Positions 1 through 9,700 of a stretch of DNA of 64,000 nt are shown here, in pieces. The stretch comes from Thermodesulfobacteriota bacterium (GTDB lineage: Bacteria; Desulfobacterota_D; UBA1144; Nemesobacterales; JAJCZQ01). A program made the position numbers and the translations under genes. The number at the start of each line of letters is the position of its first letter. Within the stretch, counting starts at the first letter, position 1. The stretch is from contig OZ244044.1 of NCBI GenBank assembly GCA_965215275.1, positions 1,504,001 to 1,568,000 on the forward strand. The letters run 5' to 3'. A model generated the notes under the pieces. It saw nothing but the letters and a program-made list of their open reading frames with translations. It was not told the origin of the DNA and did no database searches.

Positions 1-1
1 C

Positions 2-1162
2 GCTACCATGGTGACCGCCGGAGTGTACCTGATAGCTCGTTGCAATATTATCTTTTCCCTTGCACCAACTGCACAGTACGTTGTACTGGTTATCGCGACG
101 CTTACTGCGTTTCTGGCCGCTGTGATCGCGATCACTCAGAACGATATTAAAAAAGTGCTGGCTTATTCTACCGTAAGTCAGCTTGGTTATATGTTTATGG
201 CGATAGGCGTGGGTGCCTATGCCATAGCGATATTTCACGTTGTTACGCATGCGTTCTTCAAAGCACTTCTGTTCCTGGGTTCCGGCAGCGTGATCCACTC
301 TATGTCGGGCGAGCAGGATATAAGGAACATGGGAGGACTCAGAAAGCATATCCCGACCACGGGACTGACCTTTCTTATTGGAACTTTAGCGATAGCCGGT
401 ATTCCCCTGTTGTCCGGTTTTTACAGCAAGGACGGCATACTTGCTTCTGTATATGATGAAGGTTTTGCCGTGTTCTGGATCGTTGGACTTGTTACTGCCG
501 GGTTTACGGCCTTTTATATGATGAGGCTCTATCTTCTGACCTTTGAAGGAGTATCCAGGATATCAGAGAAAGTAAGTCGCCACGTTCATGAATCTCCCGG
601 CACTATGACGTTACCTTTGATAATCCTGGCTTTTCTTTCTGTTATAGGCGGGTATCTGGGTTTTCCTGAGTTCATGGCAAAGACCTTTGGAATAGAGTTC
701 AGTAATTTTATTGAAAGATTTCTTAGCTCTTCCATATATGAACACAAGGGGGACCTGCTTTCCCATGGTCATCATGGGCACCTTGATCACTGGACACTTG
801 CAGCACTGTCCGTTGCCGCTGCTGTATCAGGTCTTTTGATCGCCTTGTATATATATCTGATAAGACCTTCCTCGCAGAAATGGTTCAGTAAAGGTTTCAG
901 TGTAAATCTGCACAGATGGTCAAATGCCAGGTTCTACGTTGATGAACTGTATCAGACTTTATTTGTAGGACCATTTAATCATTTTTCTCAGCGTTTTGCC
1001 GAGTTTGACAGGACGGTCGTTGATGGGATGGTGAATGGAACAAGCGACCTTGTGAGAGCTATGGGAAACCTGACCATATCTGCCCAGAAGGGAATGTTGA
1101 GGTATTATGCCGCCGCAATGGTAGCTGGCAGCGTGATGATCATGCTGTTCCTGTTTATCTGA
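2..1162 (+). CDS. nuoL: NADH-quinone oxidoreductase subunit L, 5'-truncated by the window edge
   Basis: (A)TMVTAGVYLIAR, QNDIKKVLAYSTVSQLGYM and HAFFKALLFLGSGSVIH motifs; frame is open to the window start. Confidence 0.95.
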   Translation, partial: ATMVTAGVYLIARCNIIFSLAPTAQYVVLVIATLTAFLAAVIAITQNDIKKVLAYSTVSQLGYMFMAIGVGAYAIAIFHVVTHAFFKALLFLGSGSVIHSMSGEQDIRNMGGLRKHIPTTGLTFLIGTLAIAGIPLLSGFYSKDGILASVYDEGFAVFWIVGLVTAGFTAFYMMRLYLLTFEGVSRISEKVSRHVHESPGTMTLPLIILAFLSVIGGYLGFPEFMAKTFGIEFSNFIERFLSSSIYEHKGDLLSHGHHGHLDHWTLAALSVAAAVSGLLIALYIYLIRPSSQKWFSKGFSVNLHRWSNARFYVDELYQTLFVGPFNHFSQRFAEFDRTVVDGMVNGTSDLVRAMGNLTISAQKGMLRYYAAAMVAGSVMIMLFLFI

Positions 1163-1310
1163 AGACCGGGAAAGGAATACCCGTGGAAGTTTCCCGTTAG
1201 CTGGACCCGCTTATTATCACAGGGTATAGATTCGCAGGGTATAAAAAAAATACTCTCTACATCCTGAAGATCTTTATCACTGCAAGGAAAGGAAAGAAAA
1301 AACTTTATAC

Positions 1311-1339
1311 TTGACATTACACTAAAGCAGAAGTAAGAT
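1311..1339 (+). promoter_or_regulatory. sigma70-type promoter of S8/Ig paralog 1
   Basis: TTGACA (1311-1316), 17-nt spacer, TAAGAT (1334-1339); equivalent motif precedes the other two paralogs. Confidence 0.7.
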
Positions 1340-1399
1340 ATCATCATTATGAAAGATTTCATAAGAGGATCAAATGTAAAAACACGTAGTTCCATACCT

Positions 1400-1411
1400 C
1401 CCCCCCCCCCC
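1400..1411 (+). repeat. poly-C tract 1 (C12) in the leader frame of paralog 1
   Basis: 12 consecutive C inside an ORF starting at ATG 1349 (MKDFIRGSNVKTRSSIPPPPP) that stops at TAG 1463. Confidence 0.9.
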
Positions 1412-1473
1412 GTGTATACCTTGCCTTTCAGTAGGGTACGGGTACACTGTAACGACAATGCTTAGGTTCATAT

Positions 1474-1484
1474 CCCCCCCCCCC
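1474..1484 (+). repeat. poly-C tract 2 (C11) just upstream of the signal-peptide codons of paralog 1
   Basis: ATG 1458 frame stops at TAA 1488; C10 or C13 would fuse it to YKLVLSLVFFLLCVIPAAA and the main ORF. Confidence 0.9.
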
Positions 1485-1542
1485 ATATAAGTTAGTTCTT
1501 TCCCTGGTCTTTTTTCTTCTGTGCGTAATACCCGCAGCCGCG

Positions 1543-3933
1543 ATGGTCCGTAACGGGGAAACGGCGTCGGTGTCCGTTGACGACCGGGGACAGGAGGACG
1601 GACCTTTTCTTCAGGAGGCTTCGGCTTCGTGGGAAGAAGGAGTGGAAGCAGGAATAAGAGAAGGGTTTTATGGAAAAGGAACGTTTTACGTCCGGGGAGC
1701 AGGGGACGGACATGAAAAAGGAGATCAGGCTAATTTTTCTGAATATTCCAATTACTACGGAGTAACTGCCGTTTGTTCAACGGACGGTTTTGGAAAAAAG
1801 AGTTTCTTTTCAGAAGAGGGAGTAAACCTGTGGGTGTGTGCACCTGGTTCTGATATCGTGACCACAGATAACAACAACGGTTACGTTGTAACTTCCGGAA
1901 CGTTCCTGTCAGCTTCACAGGTTGCAGGAGTGGCAGCACTGCTGAGAGAGGTTAACGGAGAACTGAGCTGGAGGGATATAAAGCTTATACTTGCGGGTTC
2001 AGCACGGCAGAACGATTTTTTTGACCCTGGCTGGGAGACTGGAGCTGTTAAATACGGTTCTGACGTGGAAAGATATAATTATAGTCCCAGGTATGGTTTT
2101 GGCGTGGTGGACGCAGAAGCAGCCGCAGAACTTGCAAAAAGCTGGAAAGGCGTAGGAGAAATGAGGACCATTACAGCTTCTTCAGATAATGAACTGACGA
2201 TCCCTGATGGAGAAGAAAATGGAGATGGAGAAGCGGACGGGGTCCTTGTCTCCGGACTTGTGATACCGGACGTGGAGGAAATATTTACGGAATTCGTTGA
2301 AGTTGAACTTGTTTTTTCTCATGACCGCTTGCAGGACCTTGATATACAGATAACCTCTCCTTCCGGGACAGTATCGGAACTTGTAAGGGAGTTTTCAGGG
2401 GAAGAAGACACCAGCGTCAGTTACCTGAGAAGAACACATCGTTTCGGGTCGGCAAGACACCTTGGGGAAGCCCCTTCCGGAGAATGGATTTTAAAAATAT
2501 CTGATACTGCTTCCGGAGATGGAGAAGATAGAGAAAATACGGGGACCTTGCACTCCTGGAACATTAAGGTATACGGGCACGGGAAGGGGGATCTTTTAAC
2601 GGACCCAGTCAGTGAGACGGGTCCTAAACATCATTATCTAAGTTTTGGTGGTCTGACAGAAGAAGATCATGTATTTACAGTAGGAGTTATGATAAGTCCA
2701 TTTCGTCCACCTCAGGTAGTTGATTCAGGGGCTGGAGCAGTAAGATACAGTTTAACTCCTGCTTTACCTGCCGGATTGATGTTTAATGTTGTTACCCTAC
2801 AGGTAACAGGAACGCCAACTACTCCGATGTCTGATACTGAGTACACATATACTGCTATGGACAGAGGTGGGGATAGTGATAGTATAACGTTCAATATCAG
2901 GGTAAAGGGTATAGCTGGTGCTCCGAGTTTTGGGAATGAGTCAATCCCTGGTCAGATATACATTCAAGGGACAACGGCAAACCTTCCGGTAACACTGCCT
3001 TCTGCAACATCAGGGGATACTCCGTTAACTTACAGTATAGCACCTGAGTTACCAGCTGGATTGGACTTTGCTTCTGATACCCGAGTAATAAGTGGCACAC
3101 CTTCTACTGCAACGTCTGAGGCTGATTACACATATACGGTTACTGATATAGATGGAGACACTGTTGAGTTAATGTTCGGGATCACTATATTAGCAGACGT
3201 AATGCCAACCTTTAGCGGTGAGACAATAGATGATAAGGAGTACATAGCAGGGAGTCTAATAACACCAGTAACGCTGCCTGCAGCAACTGGAGGTAATACT
3301 CCATTAACTTACAGTTTAACTCCTGCTTTACCAACTGGATTGAACTTTAACACAGCTACCCGAGTAATAAGTGGAACACCCACTACTGCAATGAGCAGGA
3401 ATACTTATACATATACGGTAACAGACATAAATGGAGATACTGTTAAGTTAATGTTCGGGATCACTATATTAGCTGACAGCATGCCAGACTTCGGCGGTGA
3501 GACAATAGATGATAAGGAGTACATAGCAGGGAGTCTAATAACACCAGTAACGCTGCCTGCAGCAACTGGAGGTAATGCTCCATTAACTTACAGTTTAACT
3601 CCTGCTTTACCAACTGGATTGAACTTTAATCCTGATACCCGAGTGATAAGTGGCACACCTTCTACTGCAACGTCTGAGGCTGATTACACATATACGGTTA
3701 CTGATATAGATGGAGACACGGATGAGAGAACGTTCAGTATAATAATAGAGGTTTCTTCTGCTCCGCCACCACAAGGACCAAGAACGTCAGGTACTGATTC
3801 AGGTGGAGGAGGATGTGCCGTCTCCGGTCAGAGCGGCGTTGTTCCTGATCTGCTCGGAGCAGTGGCGTGTCTGATACTTATACCCGTGTCTGTAATTATC
3901 AGAAGGAATAGAATAGCTCAGATAAAGACTTAG
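1543..3933 (+). CDS. Surface protein paralog 1: N-truncated inactive S8 (kexin-like) domain, P-domain, 4 Ig-like (He_PIG-type) repeats, GGGC-TM-basic C-terminal sorting tail; true start probably upstream and frameshifted at poly-C
   Basis: LSWRDIKLIL and YGFGVVDA kexin motifs; P-domain (LDIQITSPSGT, GEWILKI, GTLHSW); repeats of LPxGLxFxxxTRVISGTPT; in-frame signal-like stretch at 1486-1542. Confidence 0.85.
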   Translation: MVRNGETASVSVDDRGQEDGPFLQEASASWEEGVEAGIREGFYGKGTFYVRGAGDGHEKGDQANFSEYSNYYGVTAVCSTDGFGKKSFFSEEGVNLWVCAPGSDIVTTDNNNGYVVTSGTFLSASQVAGVAALLREVNGELSWRDIKLILAGSARQNDFFDPGWETGAVKYGSDVERYNYSPRYGFGVVDAEAAAELAKSWKGVGEMRTITASSDNELTIPDGEENGDGEADGVLVSGLVIPDVEEIFTEFVEVELVFSHDRLQDLDIQITSPSGTVSELVREFSGEEDTSVSYLRRTHRFGSARHLGEAPSGEWILKISDTASGDGEDRENTGTLHSWNIKVYGHGKGDLLTDPVSETGPKHHYLSFGGLTEEDHVFTVGVMISPFRPPQVVDSGAGAVRYSLTPALPAGLMFNVVTLQVTGTPTTPMSDTEYTYTAMDRGGDSDSITFNIRVKGIAGAPSFGNESIPGQIYIQGTTANLPVTLPSATSGDTPLTYSIAPELPAGLDFASDTRVISGTPSTATSEADYTYTVTDIDGDTVELMFGITILADVMPTFSGETIDDKEYIAGSLITPVTLPAATGGNTPLTYSLTPALPTGLNFNTATRVISGTPTTAMSRNTYTYTVTDINGDTVKLMFGITILADSMPDFGGETIDDKEYIAGSLITPVTLPAATGGNAPLTYSLTPALPTGLNFNPDTRVISGTPSTATSEADYTYTVTDIDGDTDERTFSIIIEVSSAPPPQGPRTSGTDSGGGGCAVSGQSGVVPDLLGAVACLILIPVSVIIRRNRIAQIKT
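3074..3718 (+). repeat. Near-identical intragenic repeats with 279-bp (93-aa) period
   Basis: Block at 3217 recurs at 3496 (+279); block at 3074 recurs at 3632 (+558). Confidence 0.85.
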
Positions 3934-4131
3934 CAATGAGATCCTTTCCAGGGCGTTGAACTAACTAATATATTTTCCATCAGAATATCTGCTAAAGCTA
4001 TCTTTTTTCCTTTGATCTTCAACATTTTAATACCACAGGTATCTGACTGCAAGGTTTTCCACCCGATACGAATATGATTCTGTTAAAAACGTCTTTTATT
4101 TATTTGGCGTGGTTATCTGTGTAATTCCCAT

Positions 4132-4179
4132 AAAAAAAGGCAAGTTCCCGCTCAAGTAGGGGTAACCTGCCTCTTTTTT
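4132..4179. terminator. Probable bidirectional intrinsic terminator between paralog 1 and glnA
   Basis: A7-GGCAAGTTCCC...GGGTAACCTGCC-T-rich imperfect hairpin flanked by A and T runs. Confidence 0.6.
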
Positions 4180-4196
4180 ATTTTTCGATTTTACCT

Positions 4197-5660
4197 TTAT
4201 ACGTCGAAATAGAGCATGAATTCATAGGGAACGGGTCTTAATTTGATCGGGTTGATCTCTTCGTCCGTTTTATACTCTATCCACGTCTGAACGACGTCCT
4301 CGGTGAATACGTCTCCCTTAAGCAGGAAGTCATGGTCGTTTTCAAGGGATTTAACTGCTTTTTCCAGTGAATCCGGGACGCTTGGAACGTCTGCCAGTTC
4401 CTCTGGTCCAAGTGCGTAAATGTCCTTGTCCAGTGGTTCACCTGGGTTGATCTTGTTCTCTATACCGTCCAGTCCCGCCATCAGCATTGCGGAAAATGTC
4501 AGATAACCGTTACAGGAAGGGTCAGGAAATCTCGTTTCGATCCTTTTTGCTTTGGGGCTTGGAGAATACATCGGTATTCTCACGGCGGCACTTCTGTTTC
4601 TGGCCGAGTAAGCAAGATTAACGGGTGCTTCAAAGCCGGGTACCAGTCTTCTGTAAGAATTGGTCGTCGGGTTGCTGAAAGCACAGATAGCTCCCGCGTG
4701 TTTTAAAATTCCGCCTATATAGTGCATAGCCATATCGCTCATGCCGGCGTATCCCTTTCCTGCGAACAGGGGTTTGTTCTTTTTCCACAGCGACTGGTGA
4801 ACGTGCATGCCGGACCCATTGTCTTCAAAAAGTGGTTTTGGCATGAAAGTTGCCGTCTTGCCGTTCAGACGAGCAACGTTTTTAACGACGTACTTGTACC
4901 ACATCATGTTATCACCCATTTCAAGCATTGGAGCAAACCGCATATCTATTTCTGCCTGTCCACCCGTGGCAACTTCATGGTGATGTGCTTCAACGGCAAT
5001 ACCCAGACTTTCCAGCCTGCTTACCATCTCCGACCTTATGTCGTGCATACTGTCGGCAGGCGGGGTTGGGAAATATCCTTCTTTGTGTCTGATCTTATAG
5101 CCAAGATTCGGGAACTCTTCCCTGCCGGAGTTCCATCTGCCTTCAGCAGAATCCACGAAGTAATATCCTGAATTAGAGTTCTGATCATATCTTATGTCGT
5201 CTAAAATAAAGAATTCCAGTTCAGGTCCAAAGAACGCCTGATCTGCAATTCCGGTGCTTTGCATATAGGCTAATGCTTTTCTGGCGGTGTTCCTTGGGTC
5301 CCTTGAATAGGGTTCCCTTGTGATCGGGTCTTCAATATTGCATATGATCACGATCGTCGGAGCACTCATAAATGGGTCGATCTTTGCGGTGGTTGAGTCC
5401 GGAAGGACCAGCATGTCACTTGCATGGATCGACTGCCACCCTCTTATACTGGAACCGTCAAAACCCAGACCCGAATCAAAAGTTGACTTATCTACTTCAT
5501 TAGAGGGAACTGTAAAGTGCTGCCACATTCCCATGAAATCTAAGAACCTGAAGTCAACGAACTCTATATCGTTACTTTTAATTATTTTAAGAATATCTGC
5601 ACCACTGCGAGGAACGGCAAATTTTTTGCTTGTTCCTTTTCCTTTACTCTGTGTGGGCAT
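4197..5660 (-). CDS. glnA: Glutamine synthetase type I
   Basis: [48 protein letters not shown] motifs. Confidence 0.98.
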   Translation of the reverse strand: MPTQSKGKGTSKKFAVPRSGADILKIIKSNDIEFVDFRFLDFMGMWQHFTVPSNEVDKSTFDSGLGFDGSSIRGWQSIHASDMLVLPDSTTAKIDPFMSAPTIVIICNIEDPITREPYSRDPRNTARKALAYMQSTGIADQAFFGPELEFFILDDIRYDQNSNSGYYFVDSAEGRWNSGREEFPNLGYKIRHKEGYFPTPPADSMHDIRSEMVSRLESLGIAVEAHHHEVATGGQAEIDMRFAPMLEMGDNMMWYKYVVKNVARLNGKTATFMPKPLFEDNGSGMHVHQSLWKKNKPLFAGKGYAGMSDMAMHYIGGILKHAGAICAFSNPTTNSYRRLVPGFEAPVNLAYSARNRSAAVRIPMYSPSPKAKRIETRFPDPSCNGYLTFSAMLMAGLDGIENKINPGEPLDKDIYALGPEELADVPSVPDSLEKAVKSLENDHDFLLKGDVFTEDVVQTWIEYKTDEEINPIKLRPVPYEFMLYFDV

Positions 5661-5752
5661 GGATTTAATCCTCCTTTTGTAATTAGTAAACTTAACAGCT
5701 ATCTAAACATAGCTTAAAGTTCAGGAAATTCAACATGCGGTCTTATCTGAAC

Positions 5753-6157
<405 letters not shown>

Positions 6158-6167
6158 TCAAATTAGA

Positions 6168-6184
6168 CGCAAAAATCATACCAG
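6168..6184 (-). promoter_or_regulatory. sigma54 (-24/-12) promoter for glnB-glnA
   Basis: Minus strand CTGGTATGATTTTTGCG has GG-N10-GC spacing. Confidence 0.75.
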
Positions 6185-6362
6185 ATTTATTAAATTACCG
6201 CTTTAAGGTAACTGTATTATACCGGGTATTACCCGACAAAATCAATATATTTTAGTTATAATATACTTAATTTATTGAAATTATTTAAGTTTCAGGATCG
6301 TCATACGTCCAGGTTGCTCTGATCTGAAGTAAAATTAAAAGAATTTTTATAACTTTTATTTA

Positions 6363-6379
6363 TGCCTACTATTTAGGCA
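6363..6379. promoter_or_regulatory. NtrC-type enhancer palindrome
   Basis: 17-bp TGCCTA-N5-TAGGCA about 180 bp upstream of the sigma54 site; ntrBC nearby. Confidence 0.65.
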
Positions 6380-6485
6380 TATCAATCCCGTATTTTAGTC
6401 ATACTGCGGATCGAGCTGTCTGAGATCCTCAGCGGTTTCTGTTACGGTTGATTTTGAAAATGGTCTGTGATAGTTTTTCTTTTCG

Positions 6486-7145
6486 ATGATCGAAGACAAG
6501 ATCAACTATAAGTTCAAGAGTAAAGATCTGCTCAGAACGGCCCTTACCCACGGTTCATATGCCAATGAACGCCTGGTGGAAAGTAATGAAAGATTGGAAT
6601 TTCTTGGTGACGCTATACTTGGGTTCATGGTCGCAAAGGAACTTTATTCAACGTTCCCTGACAGAAGCGAGGGAAAGCTGTCGAAGTTAAGGGGTGCGAT
6701 CGTGAGCAGGACCAATTTTTCACGTTACGCGAGGATGCTTAAGATCGACGAGCAGGTCCTGCTGGGTAAAGGAGAAGAGAACACGGGCGGCAGGAAAAAG
6801 GATTCGAACTTAGCGGGAGCCTTTGAAGCCGTAATAGCTGCAGTATACCTTGATGGCGGCGGCGACAAGGTCCATGAACTGATCTCCAGACTTGTGAAGG
6901 AGTACGTTGGGAACGGTGTGGTATTTTCGGATTATAAAGGACAGCTTCAGGAGGTATCCCAGAAAAAGTTCCGTCAGATGCCGAAGTATTCGGTTATAAG
7001 CGAAGAGGGCCCCGTTCACAAAAGGAGATTTCATATAAAGGTAAAGGTTGCCTCGAAATTCGAGGGAGAAGGGGTAGGCAGGAATAAAAAAGAGGCTGAG
7101 CAGGCAGCTGCCAAAAAGGCGTTATCGGACATTATACGGGACTAG
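6486..7145 (+). CDS. rnc: Ribonuclease III
   Basis: NERLEFLGDAIL signature and C-terminal dsRBD. Confidence 0.97.
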   Translation: MIEDKINYKFKSKDLLRTALTHGSYANERLVESNERLEFLGDAILGFMVAKELYSTFPDRSEGKLSKLRGAIVSRTNFSRYARMLKIDEQVLLGKGEENTGGRKKDSNLAGAFEAVIAAVYLDGGGDKVHELISRLVKEYVGNGVVFSDYKGQLQEVSQKKFRQMPKYSVISEEGPVHKRRFHIKVKVASKFEGEGVGRNKKEAEQAAAKKALSDIIRD

Positions 7146-7146
7146 C

Positions 7147-8577
7147 TTAATGGTCCAGACCGGATTCAGACAGCTTCTTGCTAAGGGTGTTTCTGTTTAT
7201 TCCGAGCATAATGGCGGCTTTTTTCTTGTTACCTTTGGTTTTCTCAAGGATTATTTTAAACAGCTCGTTCTCAGTTCTGTTGATAACTTCCTGATAGACG
7301 TTATTTAAAGAACTGTCATGTTCGGAGATAAAAAGGTTCAGGGCTTCGCTGATCGCTTCGTCCATGGCCTCGTCTGACTCTTTCTTTTTTGATATTATGT
7401 GCCTGGTCTCATCGTTTATATGTTCCAGGTTGATGACGTTATCGGGTATCAGTAAAAGTATTCTCTTTATGGTGTTTTCTAATTCCCTGACGTTGCCGGG
7501 CCATGGATATTCAATAAATTTCTGAACTGCTTCATCAGATATTTCCTTGTGTTCCAGTTTAAAGTCCTCGGAATATTTTTTTATGAAATATTCTATCAGT
7601 ATGGGAATATCGTCCTTTCTTTTCCTTAAAGGGGGCAGGTTGATCGTTATTGCATTCAGTCTGTAGTAAAGGTCCTCCCTGAACTTTCCGTTCCGGACCT
7701 CGTGTTTCAGGTCTCTGTTCGTACAGGCCACTATCCTGACGTCGATCTCTACCGGTTTTTCGCTTCCCAGCCTGTACAGCTTGTTCTCCTCCAGCACCCT
7801 TAGCAGTTTTGACTGCAGATCAGGTGACATTTCGCCGATCTCATCGATCTGCAGGGTACCGTGGTTGGCTTCCTCAAATCTGCCCGTCTTTGCCGAGTCG
7901 GCTCCCGTGAACGCCCCTTTTTCATAACCGAACAGTTCACTTTCAATTAATTCCTTGGGTATCGCGGAGATATTTACAGATACCAGTTTGTTTTTCCTTC
8001 TGTAACTGTTTGAGTGTATCGTCTGGGTTATAAGCTCTTTTCCCGTTCCGCTCTCTCCCGTCAGAAGAACGGTAACGTCCTTGTCTGCGATCCTGCCCAC
8101 GGTCTTGTATATCTTCAGCATCTCTCTGGATTTACCGACGATTATGCCGAGGTTTATTTCATCCTTATGGTCCAGACCTGTTTTTTCTTTCCGTTTGCCT
8201 TTACTGGACCGCTTTGCATTCTTAATGGCTTTGCCGACCAGGTCGTTTACTTCATCAAGATCGAACGGCTTTGCCACGTAATCGTAAGCTCCTTGCCTTA
8301 TCCCCGTTATAGCGTTGCTTACCGTGTTTTGTGCGGTTATGAGCACTATGGGGGTCTCTACTTTCCTTGATTTCAGTTCATCAAGCACTTTAAGACCGCT
8401 GATATCGGGCATGTTTATATCAAGCAGTATAAGGGCGTAGCTTGTGTTAAGAGCTTTGTGTAATCCTTCACTGCCATTTTTGCCCAGGTCCACTTTGTAT
8501 CCTTTCTTTTCAAGGGAAGTGGTCAGCACCCATCTTATACTTTCTTCATCATCTACAACTAATATCTTGTCGCTCAT
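7147..8577 (-). CDS. ntrC: sigma54-dependent response regulator NtrC
   Basis: REC domain, GESGTGKE, GAFTGA, C-terminal Fis-type HTH; beside a kinase and glnAB. Confidence 0.88.
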   Translation of the reverse strand: MSDKILVVDDEESIRWVLTTSLEKKGYKVDLGKNGSEGLHKALNTSYALILLDINMPDISGLKVLDELKSRKVETPIVLITAQNTVSNAITGIRQGAYDYVAKPFDLDEVNDLVGKAIKNAKRSSKGKRKEKTGLDHKDEINLGIIVGKSREMLKIYKTVGRIADKDVTVLLTGESGTGKELITQTIHSNSYRRKNKLVSVNISAIPKELIESELFGYEKGAFTGADSAKTGRFEEANHGTLQIDEIGEMSPDLQSKLLRVLEENKLYRLGSEKPVEIDVRIVACTNRDLKHEVRNGKFREDLYYRLNAITINLPPLRKRKDDIPILIEYFIKKYSEDFKLEHKEISDEAVQKFIEYPWPGNVRELENTIKRILLLIPDNVINLEHINDETRHIISKKKESDEAMDEAISEALNLFISEHDSSLNNVYQEVINRTENELFKIILEKTKGNKKKAAIMLGINRNTLSKKLSESGLDH

Positions 8578-8616
8578 ATAAGGTTTTAGATTATACTTAT
8601 ATTCAGGATTGGCAAA

Positions 8617-9681
8617 TCAGGCAGGCAGGAATATCCTGAATTCAGAACCATTTCCGGGAACACTGTCAACGAACATCATTCCCCCGTGCTTGGCAACTAT
8701 GCGGTTGGATATGAAAAGTCCCAGTCCGGTACCACTGGGTTTTGTAGTAAAGAACGGTGTGAAGATCTTATCTATTTTATCTTTTGCTATACCTTCTCCC
8801 GTGTCCTCCACGGAAGTCAGCACTGCTGACCTGGATTGTATCTTGTAGTCGTTTATCCACTGTGTCGATATAGTGATACTGCCTTTGCCGGTTATAGACT
8901 GGACCGCATTACGTATAATATTTACAAAGACCTGCTTGATCGCGTTTTCATCTCCCTGTATTGCAGGGATCGTGATATCCAGGTCTTTTTTAAAGTCTAT
9001 CCTGTTCCCTGCTGCCTTGGATTCCAGATACAGTATGTCGAATATGATCTCGTTCACGTTCACCGAGCTGAACTGCTTCTCGGAAAACTTATCGTTCTCT
9101 CTGATCTTGTCTATAAACTCGATTAACCTGTCTGCTTCCTTGGTAATTATATGAGAACACTTGCTCAGTTCTTTTTTAGACAGATCATTTGTAAGGAGCT
9201 GGGCAGCACCCTTTATGCCGCTAAGTGGATTTTTTAACTCATGTGCCAGTCCCAGCATCAGGTTTTCAAAGTTCGAGTTGAAGGACTGTTGATCCTTGAA
9301 GATGCTTAGCAGTTTTGTTCCTTCGATGTGCTTTAAGTATATGATCAGTCCCTCTGCTCTGTTCTCACTTGAAAAATGAGGCATTAAGGTCACCTGAAGG
9401 AATACTTGATTTTTCAGGGGACCACCACCAAGTTCGGTTTCATACTTGGTTATAGCTCTCTCATCGTTGATGGATTTAACTGCCAGACGCGTTATTTCGG
9501 TCGGAAAGATCGCAGAAAGGTCTTTATTCAGGGTTCTTTTTCTGGAACTGTTTATGAGCTGCTGTGCAGAGTGGTTAATATCGCGAATTACAAGGTCCTT
9601 GTCCGTGATAATGATCCCGTCACTGAAGGAGTCGAATATTTTTTTATAGAATTTATCATCACTTGTAAGATGATCCGCCAT
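8617..9681 (-). CDS. ntrB: PAS sensor histidine kinase NtrB
   Basis: GLAHELKNPLSGIKGAAQLL H-box; N, G1, F and G2 boxes; no TM segments. Confidence 0.88.
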   Translation of the reverse strand: MADHLTSDDKFYKKIFDSFSDGIIITDKDLVIRDINHSAQQLINSSRKRTLNKDLSAIFPTEITRLAVKSINDERAITKYETELGGGPLKNQVFLQVTLMPHFSSENRAEGLIIYLKHIEGTKLLSIFKDQQSFNSNFENLMLGLAHELKNPLSGIKGAAQLLTNDLSKKELSKCSHIITKEADRLIEFIDKIRENDKFSEKQFSSVNVNEIIFDILYLESKAAGNRIDFKKDLDITIPAIQGDENAIKQVFVNIIRNAVQSITGKGSITISTQWINDYKIQSRSAVLTSVEDTGEGIAKDKIDKIFTPFFTTKPSGTGLGLFISNRIVAKHGGMMFVDSVPGNGSEFRIFLPA

Positions 9682-9700
9682 GGTCTTAGGTAGAAACTGA

